From Octopus vulgaris (Eukaryota): a stretch of 64,000 nt of DNA. The position numbers were made by a program, and so were the translations under genes. The stretch lies in the NCBI GenBank assembly GCA_951406725.2, contig OX597825.1:52452001-52516000 (forward strand), in the 5' to 3' direction. Every line of letters begins with the position of its first letter. The first letter of the stretch is position 1. The notes below the pieces were generated by a model. It searched no databases. It worked only from the letters and a program-made list of their open reading frames with translations, and was not told the DNA's origin. This document shows, one piece after another, positions 26,116-38,910 of this stretch.

Positions 26116-26520
26116 AAAGGTGGTGAGCTGGCAGAATCATTAGTACGCCAGGTGAAATGCTTAGCGGTAGTTCAAATTCTGTGGGGTCGATTTTGCCTTT
26201 CATCCTTTCGAGGTTGATAAATTAGGTACCAGTCGCATACTGGGGTCAATCTAATCGTTTAGCCCCCTCCCACCAAATTTCTGGCCTTGTGCATAAAGTG
26301 GAAAGGATTATTATTATTATCATTATTATTTATTATTATTTGTTAGCATGCCAAGCAAAAGGCTTCACAGCATTTGGTTCATCTTTATATTCTGGGTTCA
26401 AATCCCACCATAGTCAACTTTGCCTTTCGTCCTTTTGGGGTTGATGAAATATGTACCAGTTATGCATTGGGGTCAATGTAATCGACTAGGCCCTCTCCCA
26501 AATTTTCAAAAAGGATTATC
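26116..26520 (+). mobile_element. Two tandem SINE B copies (26116-26310, 26340-26520) followed by (ATT)n
   Basis: GCCTTTCATCCTTTCGAGGTTGATAAATTAGGTACCAG core occurs twice. Confidence 0.88.
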
Positions 26521-26537
26521 ATTATTATTATTATAAC

Positions 26538-26591
<54 letters not shown>

Positions 26592-27119
26592 TATTAAGTT
26601 TTAGTGAGGTGGGATGCCTGGGCCAATGATCCTTTATAGGGCCTCCAAGACTTTTAATATCAACCAGTCTGAGTTCTATATACAATCTTCTTGTTTTTTG
26701 AATTAATCAAAATTAAAGTAACAAAGCTTCATGTTAATTTATGCTCCATGTTGTTTTACTAAATTGTTCATTATTTTCAAAAATTAATTGAAACAAAGAC
26801 TGTGTATTTCAAAAGAAATATGGTAAGAACAAGATTTCAACAAAAACGTGCTCCAAATAATTGCATCAGAGAGGACTCCTTCACTACTCCAGGTGCCACT
26901 AATTATATTAAACTGGGTGATAGAGTAAATCTTTCACCCAAATGAGCCATGGAAGAATTTGAACTCAAAACGCAAGGAATTGGACCAAATACCTCAAGGC
27001 ATCTTATGAACAGCAAAACTGACCTTTGTGGAACTTGAATTCAGAGCAATGAGAGTAGAAAGAAATACCACAAGGCATTCTATCTGACTCTTTTGATGAC
27101 TTTCCCAATCTGCTGCCAT

Positions 27120-27308
27120 ATTGTAAAGAGCACTCAGCGCACTCTGTAAAGTGATTGGCATTAGGAGGAGCATCCAGCCACAGACACCAAACCAACTTAG
27201 ACTGGAACCTGGTGCAGCTCTCCCGCTTGCCAGCTCTGGTCAAACTCAAGCCAGCATTGAAAATGGACATTAAATGATGATAATGATGATGATGATGATG
27301 ATGATGAC
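27120..27308 (+). mobile_element. Family D tail, preceded by minus-strand SINE B fragments (about 26900-27118)
   Basis: GCACTCTGTAAAGTGATTGGCATTAGGAGGAGCATCCAGC...GACATTAAATGATGAT. Confidence 0.75.
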
Positions 27309-28568
27309 AGCTACCCCAAGCAGGATCTGAATTTAGATCCCTGAGTACCAGCCTCCACAATACTACTGCAATGTATTCCATTCATATGTATCACATAAAC
27401 TTTTCATCATCATCGTCACTGTTCTGCATGTTTAATATTTTATGAGGATACAAAAGTGGATAGAAACATTTCAAATTCAAAATACTCTGTGTGTACATGT
27501 ATGTATGTATCTGTGTCCTTTTACAGCTATCTTTTTTAAAGGAACTAAATTTCTCTTCCTCTGAAAGAAAAAAATATAAAAGCTGTATAGAATGCATAAA
27601 TGAAACCACCACCATCGCCTCCATGATTGTAATGGTGGTGATGGTGGTGGTGGTACTAGTGGTGTAGCTCTTGTAAAACATTTTCCATCAATATCTTGTT
27701 ACAAACAGCAATTTGACGGAAATGCATCTACATAAATTTGACATCATGTCAATTAATTTTGTTCCAATTTCAGCACCTTAGACATTGGTTACTTTTCAAA
27801 AGTGTATTCTACATTTTGGTAGGTTTGGTGCATTAATCTTAATTTTTTTTTCTTTCTTTTTATTGTCTACCTTCTGGAGTTATTGTAAAATCACCACCAG
27901 CAAAAACAACAAGAACAACAACAACATTAGCAAACCAAGGAAAATGACCAGCACGTGCATAGTATTAATAACAGGGAAACAAAAAAATAAAATAATAACA
28001 GCAGGTTGGGTATTGGTTTGATTCTAAGTGAGAATGTCAGAAAGCATGGCAGGAAGATAAATTTACATAACATCGCTTACAGTTATAATTTATCTGATTC
28101 CGCTAGTATTTTTGTTTTGTTTTTTTTTTCTTTTATGTAAAGAATTTTACCAAAAACTAGCAACTGTTGCTAATGGAATATAGCAGTGTGAGAGTGAAAC
28201 AAAATTTTTGTAAAGTTTTATTTTGTTTGTCCATTTTGTTGGTTAACCGTAACAGAATGAGGCGCTCGTTAATGAACACATGTCTTTTCAATGATGTCCA
28301 TCTATTGTTAATGGTAACATCTCAATGAAAGAAACTTAATCCACTTGCAGGAAAGCATACAGGATTGTATGACTTAAGAATTTTGGCTGTACAAAGAACT
28401 GATATGGAGTTTCCAAGTTAAATTGTAGCTTCTGAGGTTGTGATGTGGTTAAAGGACACTGGGCTAAATGTTTCCATGTGTAACTTACATGTTCTGTTGT
28501 ATGTAATGACTGTGGTTAAGTGAAGCAAGTGTTGAGAGGGATCTAAGATCTCATCCCATTAATCCCCT

Positions 28569-28917
28569 TCACCTTGACCGACCAGTCCATCAGGCATCCA
28601 TTTGGCACCACTGGTCACAGCATGCTGTCCACTCCTCTCTGGATCGCGCCTTTCTCATCCACGTGATCCCAATTGTTCTCCTGAAATCGTAACTCCACCG
28701 TCGTGGAGGTGTTCTGGGGGGTCTTTTCCTCTCGCGCAGGTACCACTTGACAACTGCGTGGGTCCACCGATTATCGGTGAGCCGGGCGACGTGTCCAGCC
28801 CATCTATACTTGCTGCGTGTATACTCTGCGATGACATCTCTCACGCTGGACTTTTTTCTGATGATCTCACTACTGATGTGCTCTCTCAACGAGATACCAA
28901 GCATTGACCTTTCCATT
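28569..28917 (-). mobile_element. RTE-clade LINE 3' end, 5'-truncated and well preserved
   Basis: Open frame MERSMLGISLREHISSEIIRKKSSVRDVI...KYRWAGHVARLTDNRWT...RKRPPRTPPRRW, with CpGs retained. Confidence 0.92.
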
Positions 28918-29454
28918 AATGCTGTCAAAATATGTTACAGGTTTAAAAGGACACTCTTAAGACTGACTTCATGTAAGATAGAATTGGTAACATTTACCAA
29001 CTGTTAAATGTTGGGCAAAACTTATGACCCAATATGACAAAATCATACCTCAATTTCAGTGTCCATAGAAGCAAAGTTGTACTGGCTGATATACTGTGCC
29101 ACACTGACAACTGTTATTAAGACTAGGAGATGCAGTTGCCATTGATTTTTACAAGGGATTTTGCTATATTTATTGCTATATGTAGATGATAGTGATGATT
29201 ATGATGATGCTTACAGAGGGAGATATGAAAAGGAAACTGGGTACAAATGTGCATGGATATGCCTAAGGGTGTGTGTGTGTGTTTTTGTAAGTTCAAGAAA
29301 TGCCTAATACAACCAGACCCTCTCAGAATATCTCTGAAAATGGATTAGATGTGTAGATGAGAAGAAACTCTGGGATTTTGAAAAATAATGATATTGATGA
29401 TGAGGATACTGATGTTAGCAGAAGCAGGAGCAGCAGTGATGATGACAATAACTT

Positions 29455-29620
29455 CTGCAGAATTGTAAGAGTACTAGACAAACTGTTTATGTGATACTTG
29501 TTTCAGCTTTTTACATTCTGAGTTCAAATCCCATTAATATTAACTCTGACTTCATGCCTCTAGCATCAATAAAATAAAGTACCAGTCAAATATGTGAGGT
29601 GATGGTATTGATTAATAAAC
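29455..29620 (+). mobile_element. SINE family B, decayed
   Basis: GCAGAATTGTAAG, TTCTGAGTTCAAATCC and AATAAAATAAAGTACCAGT. Confidence 0.7.
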
Positions 29621-29669
29621 TCACTAAATCAGAAATAAAAGTCTTTTTTAGGAATCTTGCAGAACACAA

Positions 29670-30510
29670 AATGAAAATTTCTGTTGGTTGACAATACTTC
29701 TGCTTATATCTCAATTTCAGTATCCTTCAGCCTCTTAGCAGTTTCAGTGTTGTGTCAAGTGCACTTTTTACTATAGGAATAATTATCTTTGCCTTCCACA
29801 ATGTCTTTCTCTCTCTGGCTATATCCTAAAATTTCAAAAACTTTCTCAGTTTCTTTCATATCAACTCTATTATGATATGGTACTGTAAAGTCAAGAATCA
29901 TACACTTTTTTCTATTCCCTGTGGTCATATCTGATTTTGTTGCTTCCACAGTATGATCAGGCTCAATAGAGAAATCCTATAAAATCCTGTAATTATCATT
30001 CAACATCACAGCCTCACATTCATGTTCAATTCATTTTTCCATTACTTCAAATCCACAACTCGGCTCTTATCTCAATGCACTCTTTTACACTACAGTCATG
30101 CCTATACTTATTATTACTATTGTTGTTGTTGTTGTTAAGGCAGTGAGCTGGTAGAATTGTTAGCACGTGCAATGAAATGTTTACCAGCATTTCTTCTGTC
30201 TTTATGTTCTGGGTTCAAACTCTGCCAAAGTTGATTTTGACAGCTGTCAACTTCCAATGATGTCTGGTAGTTTCAACTTCTCATGCCAAGATTTAATGTT
30301 CTTTGAGAAGGTTCCAAGTGCACCAGTCACCATGGGTATCACACTCACACTTGACGCTCAATGAGTATGTTCCTCTTAAAATTCCAAATCTCAATACCTT
30401 TCAACTTTCTCATAAAATAATGAAGGCCCATTCTTTTATTGCTTTTAAAGTGAAAATGATATCTGGTTGAGTACATTTACCACTTCTTATGTATGTTGAT
30501 TGTCATATCC
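29670..30510 (-). mobile_element. R4/Dong-like non-LTR retrotransposon fragments (restriction-like endonuclease), interrupted by a SINE B head at 30136-30240
   Basis: YRHD motif, EATKSD...KKCMILDFTVPYHNRVDMKETEK and VIPMVTGALGT match the RHD / RPD..D..VP..KE.EK / GALG pattern. Confidence 0.7.
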
Positions 30511-30511
30511 T

Positions 30512-30883
30512 TATTATTACCACCACCTTCACTAAGGCGGAGGTATTGTTTTCAGTTGTGTTTGTTTATTTGTCCATGGACAAGCTATCTCAAGAACTGC
30601 TGGATGGATTTGGATGAAACTTTCAGGGATATTTGGCCTCGTGACTGGCAGAAAGTGATTAGATTTTGCAATCAATTCAGTACTAGACAAGGATACAGGA
30701 TTATTTTTCCTGTTTTCTTATTTAATTTTTGAGAGCAGTCAGGTTCATTTTTAGTATTCTCGTTTGTGAGAGCAGTCAAGTTTCTTTCAGATATTCCCAT
30801 TTTAAAAAATCATCTCTGGTTAATCGTTGAGAGGACGTAGGTGTTGTCTTGGTGGAAGTTTGCGATTTCTGGGTTCTCTTGTT
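30512..30883 (+). mobile_element. Helentron-associated non-autonomous element (HINE/DINE-like)
   Basis: TTATTACC start, subterminal inverted motif CCACCACCTT..AAGGCGGAGG versus CTTGGTGGAAG, a GTTT microsatellite, TGGATGGATTTGGATGAAACTT and a CTCTTGTT end. Confidence 0.65.
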
Positions 30884-30914
30884 ATAATTATTATTATTAG
30901 AGCAGTGAACAATG

Positions 30915-31587
30915 CAGCGGGCTTGCAGAATTGTTAGTGTGCTGGGTGAAATACTGCAAAGCATTTCATCTGTCTTTATGTTCTAAATTTAAATTCTGCT
31001 GGGGCAACGTTGACTTTCATCATTTTGGGGTCAATAAAAAAGTATCAGTTGAGTACTGAGGTTGATGTAATCAACTAGCCTCCTTCCCTGAAATTTCAGG
31101 CCTTGTATCTACAGTAGAAAGGATTATTTAGGCAGCGAGTAAGGCAGCAAGATGGCAGAATCATTAGCACGCAGGATGAAATGCTTAGCAGTATTTCGTC
31201 TTTCTTTACATTCTGAGTTCAAATTCGCCGAGATCAACTTGGCCATTCATCCTTGCGGGGTTGATAAATCAAGTACCAGTCAAGTGCTGGGGGTTAATGT
31301 AATCAACTGTCCCCATCCCCACAAATTCAAAGCCTTGTACCTATAGTAGGATTTAGTAGTAGTAGTAGTAGTCCTTTCTACTGAAAGCTCAAGGTCTGAA
31401 ATTTGGTAGGGAGGGTACTAGTAAATTATATCAATACCAGTGATCTGCTGGTACTTATTTTATTGACCCCAAAAGGATGAAAGGCAAAGTCAACCTCAGC
31501 GTAATTTGAATTCAGAATGTTGCAATGGATGAAACACCACCAGGCATTTCGTCCAGTGAGCTAATGATCTGCCAGCTCGCTGCCTTA
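30915..31587. mobile_element. Cluster of three SINE B copies: + (30915-31127), + (31141-31350), - (31373-31587)
   Basis: Each has the B head and the CATCC..GGGG.CAATAAA..AAGTACCAG core. The last two are tail-to-tail across (AGT)n. Confidence 0.88.
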
Positions 31588-31962
31588 ATAGCAGTAGTGA
31601 TAATGATAATAAAAATAATTACATGTGAGTTTCTAAGCCACACAATTTTTCTTCAGATTCAGTGTTTTACGTCTCTCGACATGTACTTTTGATTCTGTCC
31701 AGTCTGCTGTTGTTATCCCTGATCTCTCAACAGACTTATCATATAAGATATTCAGCCAAGGGCATCATTGTTTTATTTCTCTTTATTTTCTTTAAGTCTT
31801 GAACACAGTATAACTAGAACTACCATAGCTATTGTGTCTTTCCACTTTAATTTAGTAAAGAACAATGTGAGGAAAATTTGGTTGATGTTCATAGCAGGTT
31901 GTGTAACATTATAGAAGATCCTTATTACACTGGATAGTGTCCACAACAAAGTTGACTCAAGT

Positions 31963-32356
31963 GTATGCAGGAGTGGCTGTGTGGTAAGTAGCTTGCTTAC
32001 GAACCACATGGTTCCGGGTTCAGACCCATTGCATGGTACCTTGGGCAAGTGTCTTCTACTATAGCCTTGGGCTGACCACAGCCTTGAGAGTGGATTTGGC
32101 AAGCAGAAACTGAAAGAAGCCTGTCATATATATATGCATATATGCATATATGTTTGTGTATCTGTGTTTGTCTCCCCAACATCGCTCAACGACCAATGCT
32201 GGTGTGTTTACATGCCCGTAACCTAGTGATTTTGCAAAAGATACTGATAGAATAAGTACTAGGCTTACAAAGAATAAGTCCTGGGCTTGATTAGCTTGAC
32301 TAAAGGCGGTGCTACAGCTTGGCCACAGTCAAATGACTGAAACAAGTAAAAGAATA
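31963..32356 (+). mobile_element. SINE family A, full length
   Basis: Colinear with 12466-12930. Confidence 0.92.
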
Positions 32357-32397
32357 GATTCTTCTGCATCTATTATGAACTAACTTTCAGTATATTA

Positions 32398-32660
32398 TCA
32401 TCATCATCATCATCATCATCTAACCCAGGCTAGCATGGGTTTCATGGTTTCACAGGAGTTGGCCAGCTGGAGCACTGCCCAGGCTCCATTTGTTTGTTTT
32501 GGCATGGTCTCTACCACTGGATGCCCTTCCTTTTCCCAACCATTTTGCAGAGTGTATTAAGTGCTTTTACATAGCACTGGTATGGGCACTTTTACTTGGA
32601 ACAAGAAAAGGCACTTCTACATGGAAGTGGTACTTTTACATGACACCAGCACAAGTGCTT
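32398..32660 (-). mobile_element. Family D tail
   Basis: (CAT)n, GCTAGCATGGGTT and CTGGATGCCCTTCC. Confidence 0.75.
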
Positions 32661-32871
32661 TCACACACAAACACACAAATGTATGTGTCTGTGTGTAACT
32701 GTTGTGTGTTCGTGCGTCTGACTCTCAGCTCCCTGTTACGTCTCTTTTCAGGTGTATCTCTAACACTTTGTCTCTTATCAGATAATATCCTTTAAACAAC
32801 AGCTAAAGTTTCTCCGACACATCACTACTACCACCACCACCACCAACAACGTTCATAATAATAATAATAAC

Positions 32872-32922
<51 letters not shown>

Positions 32923-34069
32923 CCTTTCATAATAATTATATTATGAGTGGAATATCTGAAGAAGAGATGATAATGGTCAAAGTCTAAGACAGACATTTAG
33001 TTATCCTATAGTTTTGTACCAAACCAATTTCTGTAGTGCTTCATCTCTTCATTCCTGCTTTATCTTGCTGTTCTGATTCCATTAATGGAGTTGGAATTTA
33101 TTCCGTTTTTCAAAGAATTTCTTTTTTGTTATATTTTTGTTTTCCTGTTTAACTTTAAGAATTAAATAATAAAAGACCAACTACAGACTCTCTCTCTCTC
33201 TCTCTCTCTTTCTCTTTGTATATACTCTCACACACGTATATACATTCTATATTATACATCTCTGTCTCCCATCTTTTATATTCTCTCTCCTTCCATTCTT
33301 TCATAATCTTTTAATCTTTCATAATCTCCGTAGTCTCACTCTCCGCACCTCCATCAACCTTTGTCTCACTCACATTGTTTTTGTCTGTCTCTCTTTGCTT
33401 CTCTCTGTCTTTCGCTTGTCCTTCAATCTCCTCCCCTTCTCCACTCTCATTTATCTACATTAGATAAACTACTCAATGTCCAACCCTCCTTACTGTTCTC
33501 TTACTCTGACCTAGTACAATAAAGAACTACCATTGTCAGCTCTTCTTCCCTATCTCTAGCACAGACATAAATACACAATCTTTCTTTCTCTCTCTCTCTC
33601 TCTCTCTCGCTCACCCCTTCAAACACCCCCTGTTAGTCTCAAAAATAAAACTTTCACCCTTCTGCTACAGTGGATCCAGGTAATGTTGCTACCTCCATAT
33701 AGCATTAGAGTATCAGATGATAAACTGCTTGAAATAGCAGCCAAATTTCTCCCATCACACATTACCGTCAATGACAGAGACATTATCTGCTTAAAATATA
33801 GTCTGGTTATGGCTAATACATCAGTGGAATGATGTAAAATTGACAGCTTTGTGAATGGCACTAAGTTGTTTGGCTGACCAAATATCTTTTACAAGCCACA
33901 CCAAACAGCACTTCACCACATTACACAATACTATACAACAGGAACCTACTACACAACGCCATTTCACATTAGGCAACATCACACTGCACCAGCACAATAA
34001 GGCACATTACACCACCCTATTAGGAATCATACCACACATTACTCCATACTATATCATATTACATCAGAA

Positions 34070-34225
34070 ACAGGTACAAGAGTAACCAGAAGTTTGCTTC
34101 CCAACCACAAGGTTCTGGGTTCTATTCTACTGTGAGGCACATTGGACAAGAGTCTTCTATTATAGCTTTGGGCTGACAAATCCTTATGAAAGGATTTGTT
34201 AGTTGGAAACTGTAAGACGCCTATC

Positions 34226-34256
<31 letters not shown>

Positions 34257-34310
34257 TGTATGTATGTATGTATGTATGTATGTATGTATGTATGTATGTG
34301 TGTATGTATG
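34070..34310 (+). mobile_element. SINE A 5' half ending in (TATG)n; matching 3' half at 35630-35920
   Basis: GCTTCCCAACCAC.AGGTTCTGGGT...GGAAACTG head. The later piece has CCAGCATGGCCATAGTCTAATGACTGAAACAAGTA. Confidence 0.8.
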
Positions 34311-34484
34311 TCATATTCAGTATTTCTTGCCAATAAAGAGCTGGTTTCTAACTTCAATCCAAAGCTCCTTCACAGAAACTTCAGCAGAATCAACAGGGCA
34401 TTTTTGTATGTATGTATATGTGTAGACTTGTATGTTTTGTATTATGTTTGTATTTTCATGAATATTAGCTGCATGTCTAGACAT

Positions 34485-34800
34485 GTTCATAAATATTTAA
34501 ATGATAAAATTCTGGAAAGTATTACAGATCTTCACAGTTTCAGTGATGGCTTCAATCTCTAGTCTTCAAATGAGCTTTCTCTTTTCTAGTTCTGAGAAAC
34601 CTTGTTTCTCAAGACTGGTATTTAGGCAGTGTGTTACATATCCCAGTGCTCCAATAATTACAGCTATAAACCAGAACTTGTAATCTGGATAGAGTAGCTG
34701 TAGATTCCTCAACAGTTCAGTATAGGTATTTTCTTTTACATTGGACTTTAGCTTTATGTATACATCCACTTGGCAGCTGATTTCCACACCTGTACAGTTT
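34485..34800 (-). mobile_element. R4/Dong-like LINE C-terminal (RLE) fragment
   Basis: [54 protein letters not shown]. Confidence 0.75.
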
Positions 34801-34819
34801 CTGTTTGTCTGTCTGTCTG

Positions 34820-34853
<34 letters not shown>

Positions 34854-35223
34854 TGTATGTATGTATGTATGTATGTATGTATGTATGTATGTATCTATCT
34901 ATCTATCTATCTATAATATTGATTGTTTTTAGCATTCATATAAATCAAAATATTTCAAAAACAAGGACACCAAATTAAGGTCAAGATTAACACATCCATG
35001 CACATACTGCATAGGGACACTTATGCATATACCAGTGCATATACAGACCTGTCTCAACACTTACATGCACATGCATATGAACAAATAAAAACACATATAT
35101 CTATATAAATATACATGTATATGAAATTATATACACACCAGCAGGCCAGTGCATAGTTTTGCGATTCACTGTGAGTTCCAGATCCAACATAGTGAAGGTT
35201 CCAAATGTAGTATTTACTGAAAC

Positions 35224-35399
35224 AAAGAACACAAATGGATTAAGGTTCTACAGCTGTCTGAGACATGTTTTCTTTTGTTGATGAATAAACTGATAACATT
35301 GTGAAAAATACTGATTTTTTATATGATGTAATCAGTTTATTCATCAATAAAAATGTGTCTGAAACAGCTGTAGTGAACCTTAATCCATTTGTGTTCTTT
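35224..35399. repeat. Foldback inverted repeat, arms of about 85 bp
   Basis: AAAGAACACAAATGGATTAAGGTTC ... GAACCTTAATCCATTTGTGTTCTTT and TTGATGAATAAACTGAT / ATCAGTTTATTCATCAA, with a spacer of a few bases. Confidence 0.9.
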
Positions 35400-35410
35400 C
35401 TTGATATCTA

Positions 35411-35626
35411 CGAGACAGTGCTGAAAAGTTCCTGGCTTTAGGCGAAAGAAAATACAGGAGAATCAGTTTATTAGGATTTTAGTCAACATATTCCCCTCTC
35501 AGATTCACACACTTATTGCAGTGGTCCTTCAGTTTTGCTAAGCCCTGTAAAAGAACTTGGAAGTTTGGGCCTCTAGCTAAACCTTTTGCAATACCCTTAA
35601 AGCAAAGAACTTTGCTGCACCCCTCA
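35411..35626. mobile_element. Tc1/mariner-type MITE
   Basis: TA|CGAGACAGTGCTGAAAAGTTCCTGGCTTT ... AAAGCAAAGAACTTTGCTGCACCCCTCA|TA. Confidence 0.8.
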
Positions 35627-35657
35627 TATGTATGCGTGAATGCATGTTTGTGCGTGT

Positions 35658-35697
<40 letters not shown>

Positions 35698-36559
35698 ATG
35701 TGTGTGTGTGTGTGTGAGTATTTCTTCCCATCACTGTTTAACAACTAGTGTTGGTGTGTTTAAGTTCTTATAACTTAGTGATTTGGCAAAAGAGACTGAC
35801 AGAATAAGTATCAGGTTTTAAAAAGTAAGCACTGGGGTCAATTCGTTTGACTAAAATTCTTCAAGGCAAAGCCCCCAGCATGGCCATAGTCTAATGACTG
35901 AAACAAGTACAAAGAAGGAAAGAAAAGACAAAAACACCTCACATCATGCAGCACTATACTATATCACATCATGCTACACCACATACTATATCATGCTTAT
36001 ACTACCACCACACCACCACACCAAAGTCACAACACTGTCACATCTCTGATACTTCATATGATTGCTTCATAAACTGTTTACACCAACAACTACAAGAGAC
36101 ACCACCACCACCTACAACAACACCATTATCAGACAACAACCATAGCAATTACTACTAGAGCAAAAGTCCCCAACAACACTACTACCAACAATACAAACAA
36201 CTATGGTTACTACTACTACTACTACTACTAGTTACCACCACCATCCACAGCTACTTCTACTATAACTACAGTCAATATTAACAACACCACTACTACCACC
36301 ACCAACTACTGTCACAACTACTTTCACAAAAACCACCACCACCATCAATGCCACCAACAACTGAAAGTGATGTTAGTGTTCATTGAAAGATTTTATCAAA
36401 ATCCTCTTTGTTTTGTCAAAACACACAGCTTAGGTAGTTGTGTTGTATACACACAGCTTAAGTATATATACACCGCTTAGGTAGTTAGTTATATATACAC
36501 ATAGCTTAGATAGTTGGTACACATATGTGTTCTTGCTCACTCATGTAGAGCTTTGGTAG

Positions 36560-36607
<48 letters not shown>

Positions 36608-36677
36608 GTGTATGTATGTATATATATACACAAACACACACACATATACACATACACATATGTGTGTGTGTGTATGT

Positions 36678-36728
<51 letters not shown>

Positions 36729-37835
36729 TATACATACAGCTTAGTTTGTTAAACATACATGTATATACACACATACACAACAATAACATTTAGTTATTTT
36801 ACTTATACATGTATACACACTGGTAATTTAGTTATGAAGTACATGTACACCAGCTTCTCATACACACACACAGAAGTTAAATATTTGTTATACAAGCATA
36901 CATACATCTTGGTCTGTGTGTGTGTATGTGTGTGTGTGTGCGTGCATACACACACTAACATTTACATATGTAGAAGCAACTTACAAAACTCTTACACACA
37001 AGAACTTAGCTGGTTGGATGCTACATACACACACCATACACGCACACACAAGTTTAAAACATATAAATATATATTACCTTATGTGTTATAGATATAAAGT
37101 CGAACATATGGAACATCTCTCCTTCAAACACACACACACACACACACACACTGGGCTCCACTCAACAAACAAAGAATTACAAAGTAATGCAATACTTTTC
37201 AGGAATTATTCCACAGAATATTCCAGTATTTAGTACAACACCCTGAATAGTTATCATATCATTGTTGTTGTTGTTGTTGTTGTTATAACTTGTAATACTA
37301 CTGTTATCGTCGTTGTTGCTGTCATCGTGGTGCTGTTGTTGTTATTATTGATATTTACATAATTGGAATTGATGATGATGTAATAATTTTCATTATTATT
37401 TCAGTCATAAAGCAGATCTTAATCATAATCATTATTCTAGCTTTAATGACTCTTATCATTGTCATAATTACCCTACCACCACCACCACCACCACCAATAC
37501 CATCACCACCACCAACACCACCGGTACCACCGGCGCCACCAGACACTAAAGGTGCCATCATCTCCATAATCACCTCATCCTTATCCTTTTATTAATATTT
37601 TTTAATATTTTCGCTTTAATGATCCTTATCATTGTCACAATCATCATCATCATCGTCGTCGTCTTTATCATTGCAAGAACTATAATGATCATCAATAGAT
37701 GTGCAATGATGATGGTGATCATCATCATCATCATTTATATTCTATTTCAATGAAAACTGAAACCTTTGTGCAATATTGCAACTCTTCATTTCTCTCTTTT
37801 GCACTTGACTTTTAACCTCTTGTTGATGGCTGGCT

Positions 37836-37848
37836 GTTGCCTAGCAAC
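37836..37848. promoter_or_regulatory. RFX X-box motif
   Basis: GTTGCCTAGCAAC is a perfect match to the RFX consensus GTNRCC(N0-3)RGYAAC and sits in non-repetitive sequence. Function is unproven. Confidence 0.45.
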
Positions 37849-38501
37849 ATCTGGATCAGAATGTTAGATTAGCAGTGAATAGGAGTTCATTGAGTGAGAA
37901 CACACTACTACGCCAGTGGCTCCTTCTTACTATAGTATTATTAGGATAGAGAGAAGTCTGTCTTTACATACAGACACAATATTGTACATTAATTGCTCTC
38001 AATGATATGACCAGATGAGACTCATGAACACTGGGATTCTGAGTAATGTGTCTCAGGGAAGTGACACACATCTCCATCCCAGTATCTCTGGTAAGTGAAC
38101 CTAGGTCAAAGCTTGCAGTAACACACAAATCCAGTATTGTATTTAGGCAGTATTTTATTTAGGCAATAGCAAGTGACACAGTTACAAAACCTTTGAACAC
38201 TATGTTCTGGGTATTTAAGGATAGTATGATGAAAGCCATTTGATCACACTCACCTCCAAACTATTATACTACCCACAAGAGAAACTAAACCTAGCACTGC
38301 ACGATAATGAAACACTCATCACTTTCACAATGCTCTCAATGCTCTTTCTTGCAAATGTTGATCATGTTAAGTGGAACCTATTTACAGCAAGGTAGACTTG
38401 GCCATTTATGTCTTTACTAACATATATACAATAACGTGTATATATAGTTAATACTAAGTTATGCAAATTTATCAACTCAAGCATTGGTACTCTCAAACAG
38501 G

Positions 38502-38910
38502 TTACTCTTTTACTCTTTTACATGTTTCAGTCATTTGACTGTGGCCATGCTGGAGCACCGACTTTAGTCGAGCAAATTGACCCCAGGACTTATTCTTTGT
38601 AAGCCTAGTACTTATTCTATTTGTCTCATTTGCTGAACCGCTAAGTTACTGGGACATAAACACACCAGCATCGGTTGTCAAACGATGTTGGGGGGACAAA
38701 CACAGACACACAAACATATACACACACATACATATATATATACATATATACGACAGGCTTCTTTCTGTTTCCATCTACCAAATCCACTCACAAGGCTTTG
38801 GTTGGCCCGAGGCTATAGCAGAAGACACTTGCTCAAGGTGCCACACAGTGGGACTGAACCCAGAACCATGTGGTTGGTAAGCAAGCTACTTATCACACTG
38901 CCATTCCTAC
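38502..38910 (-). mobile_element. SINE family A, full length
   Basis: Reverse complement of 12466-12930. Confidence 0.92.

Noticed and set aside
32853-32996. Minus-strand MKG followed by 22 Leu, resembling a signal peptide
   Set aside because: The leucine run is the (AAT)n microsatellite and a TGA follows immediately.
36421-36524. Short spaced repeats ACACAGCTTAG, superficially CRISPR-like
   Set aside because: Eukaryotic context, irregular short spacing and no cas genes; a decayed minisatellite.
37355-37573. Gly-rich minus-strand ORF MAPLVSGGAGGTGG
   Set aside because: It lies in ACC/ATC low-complexity sequence with stops close by in all frames and no splice signals or domain.
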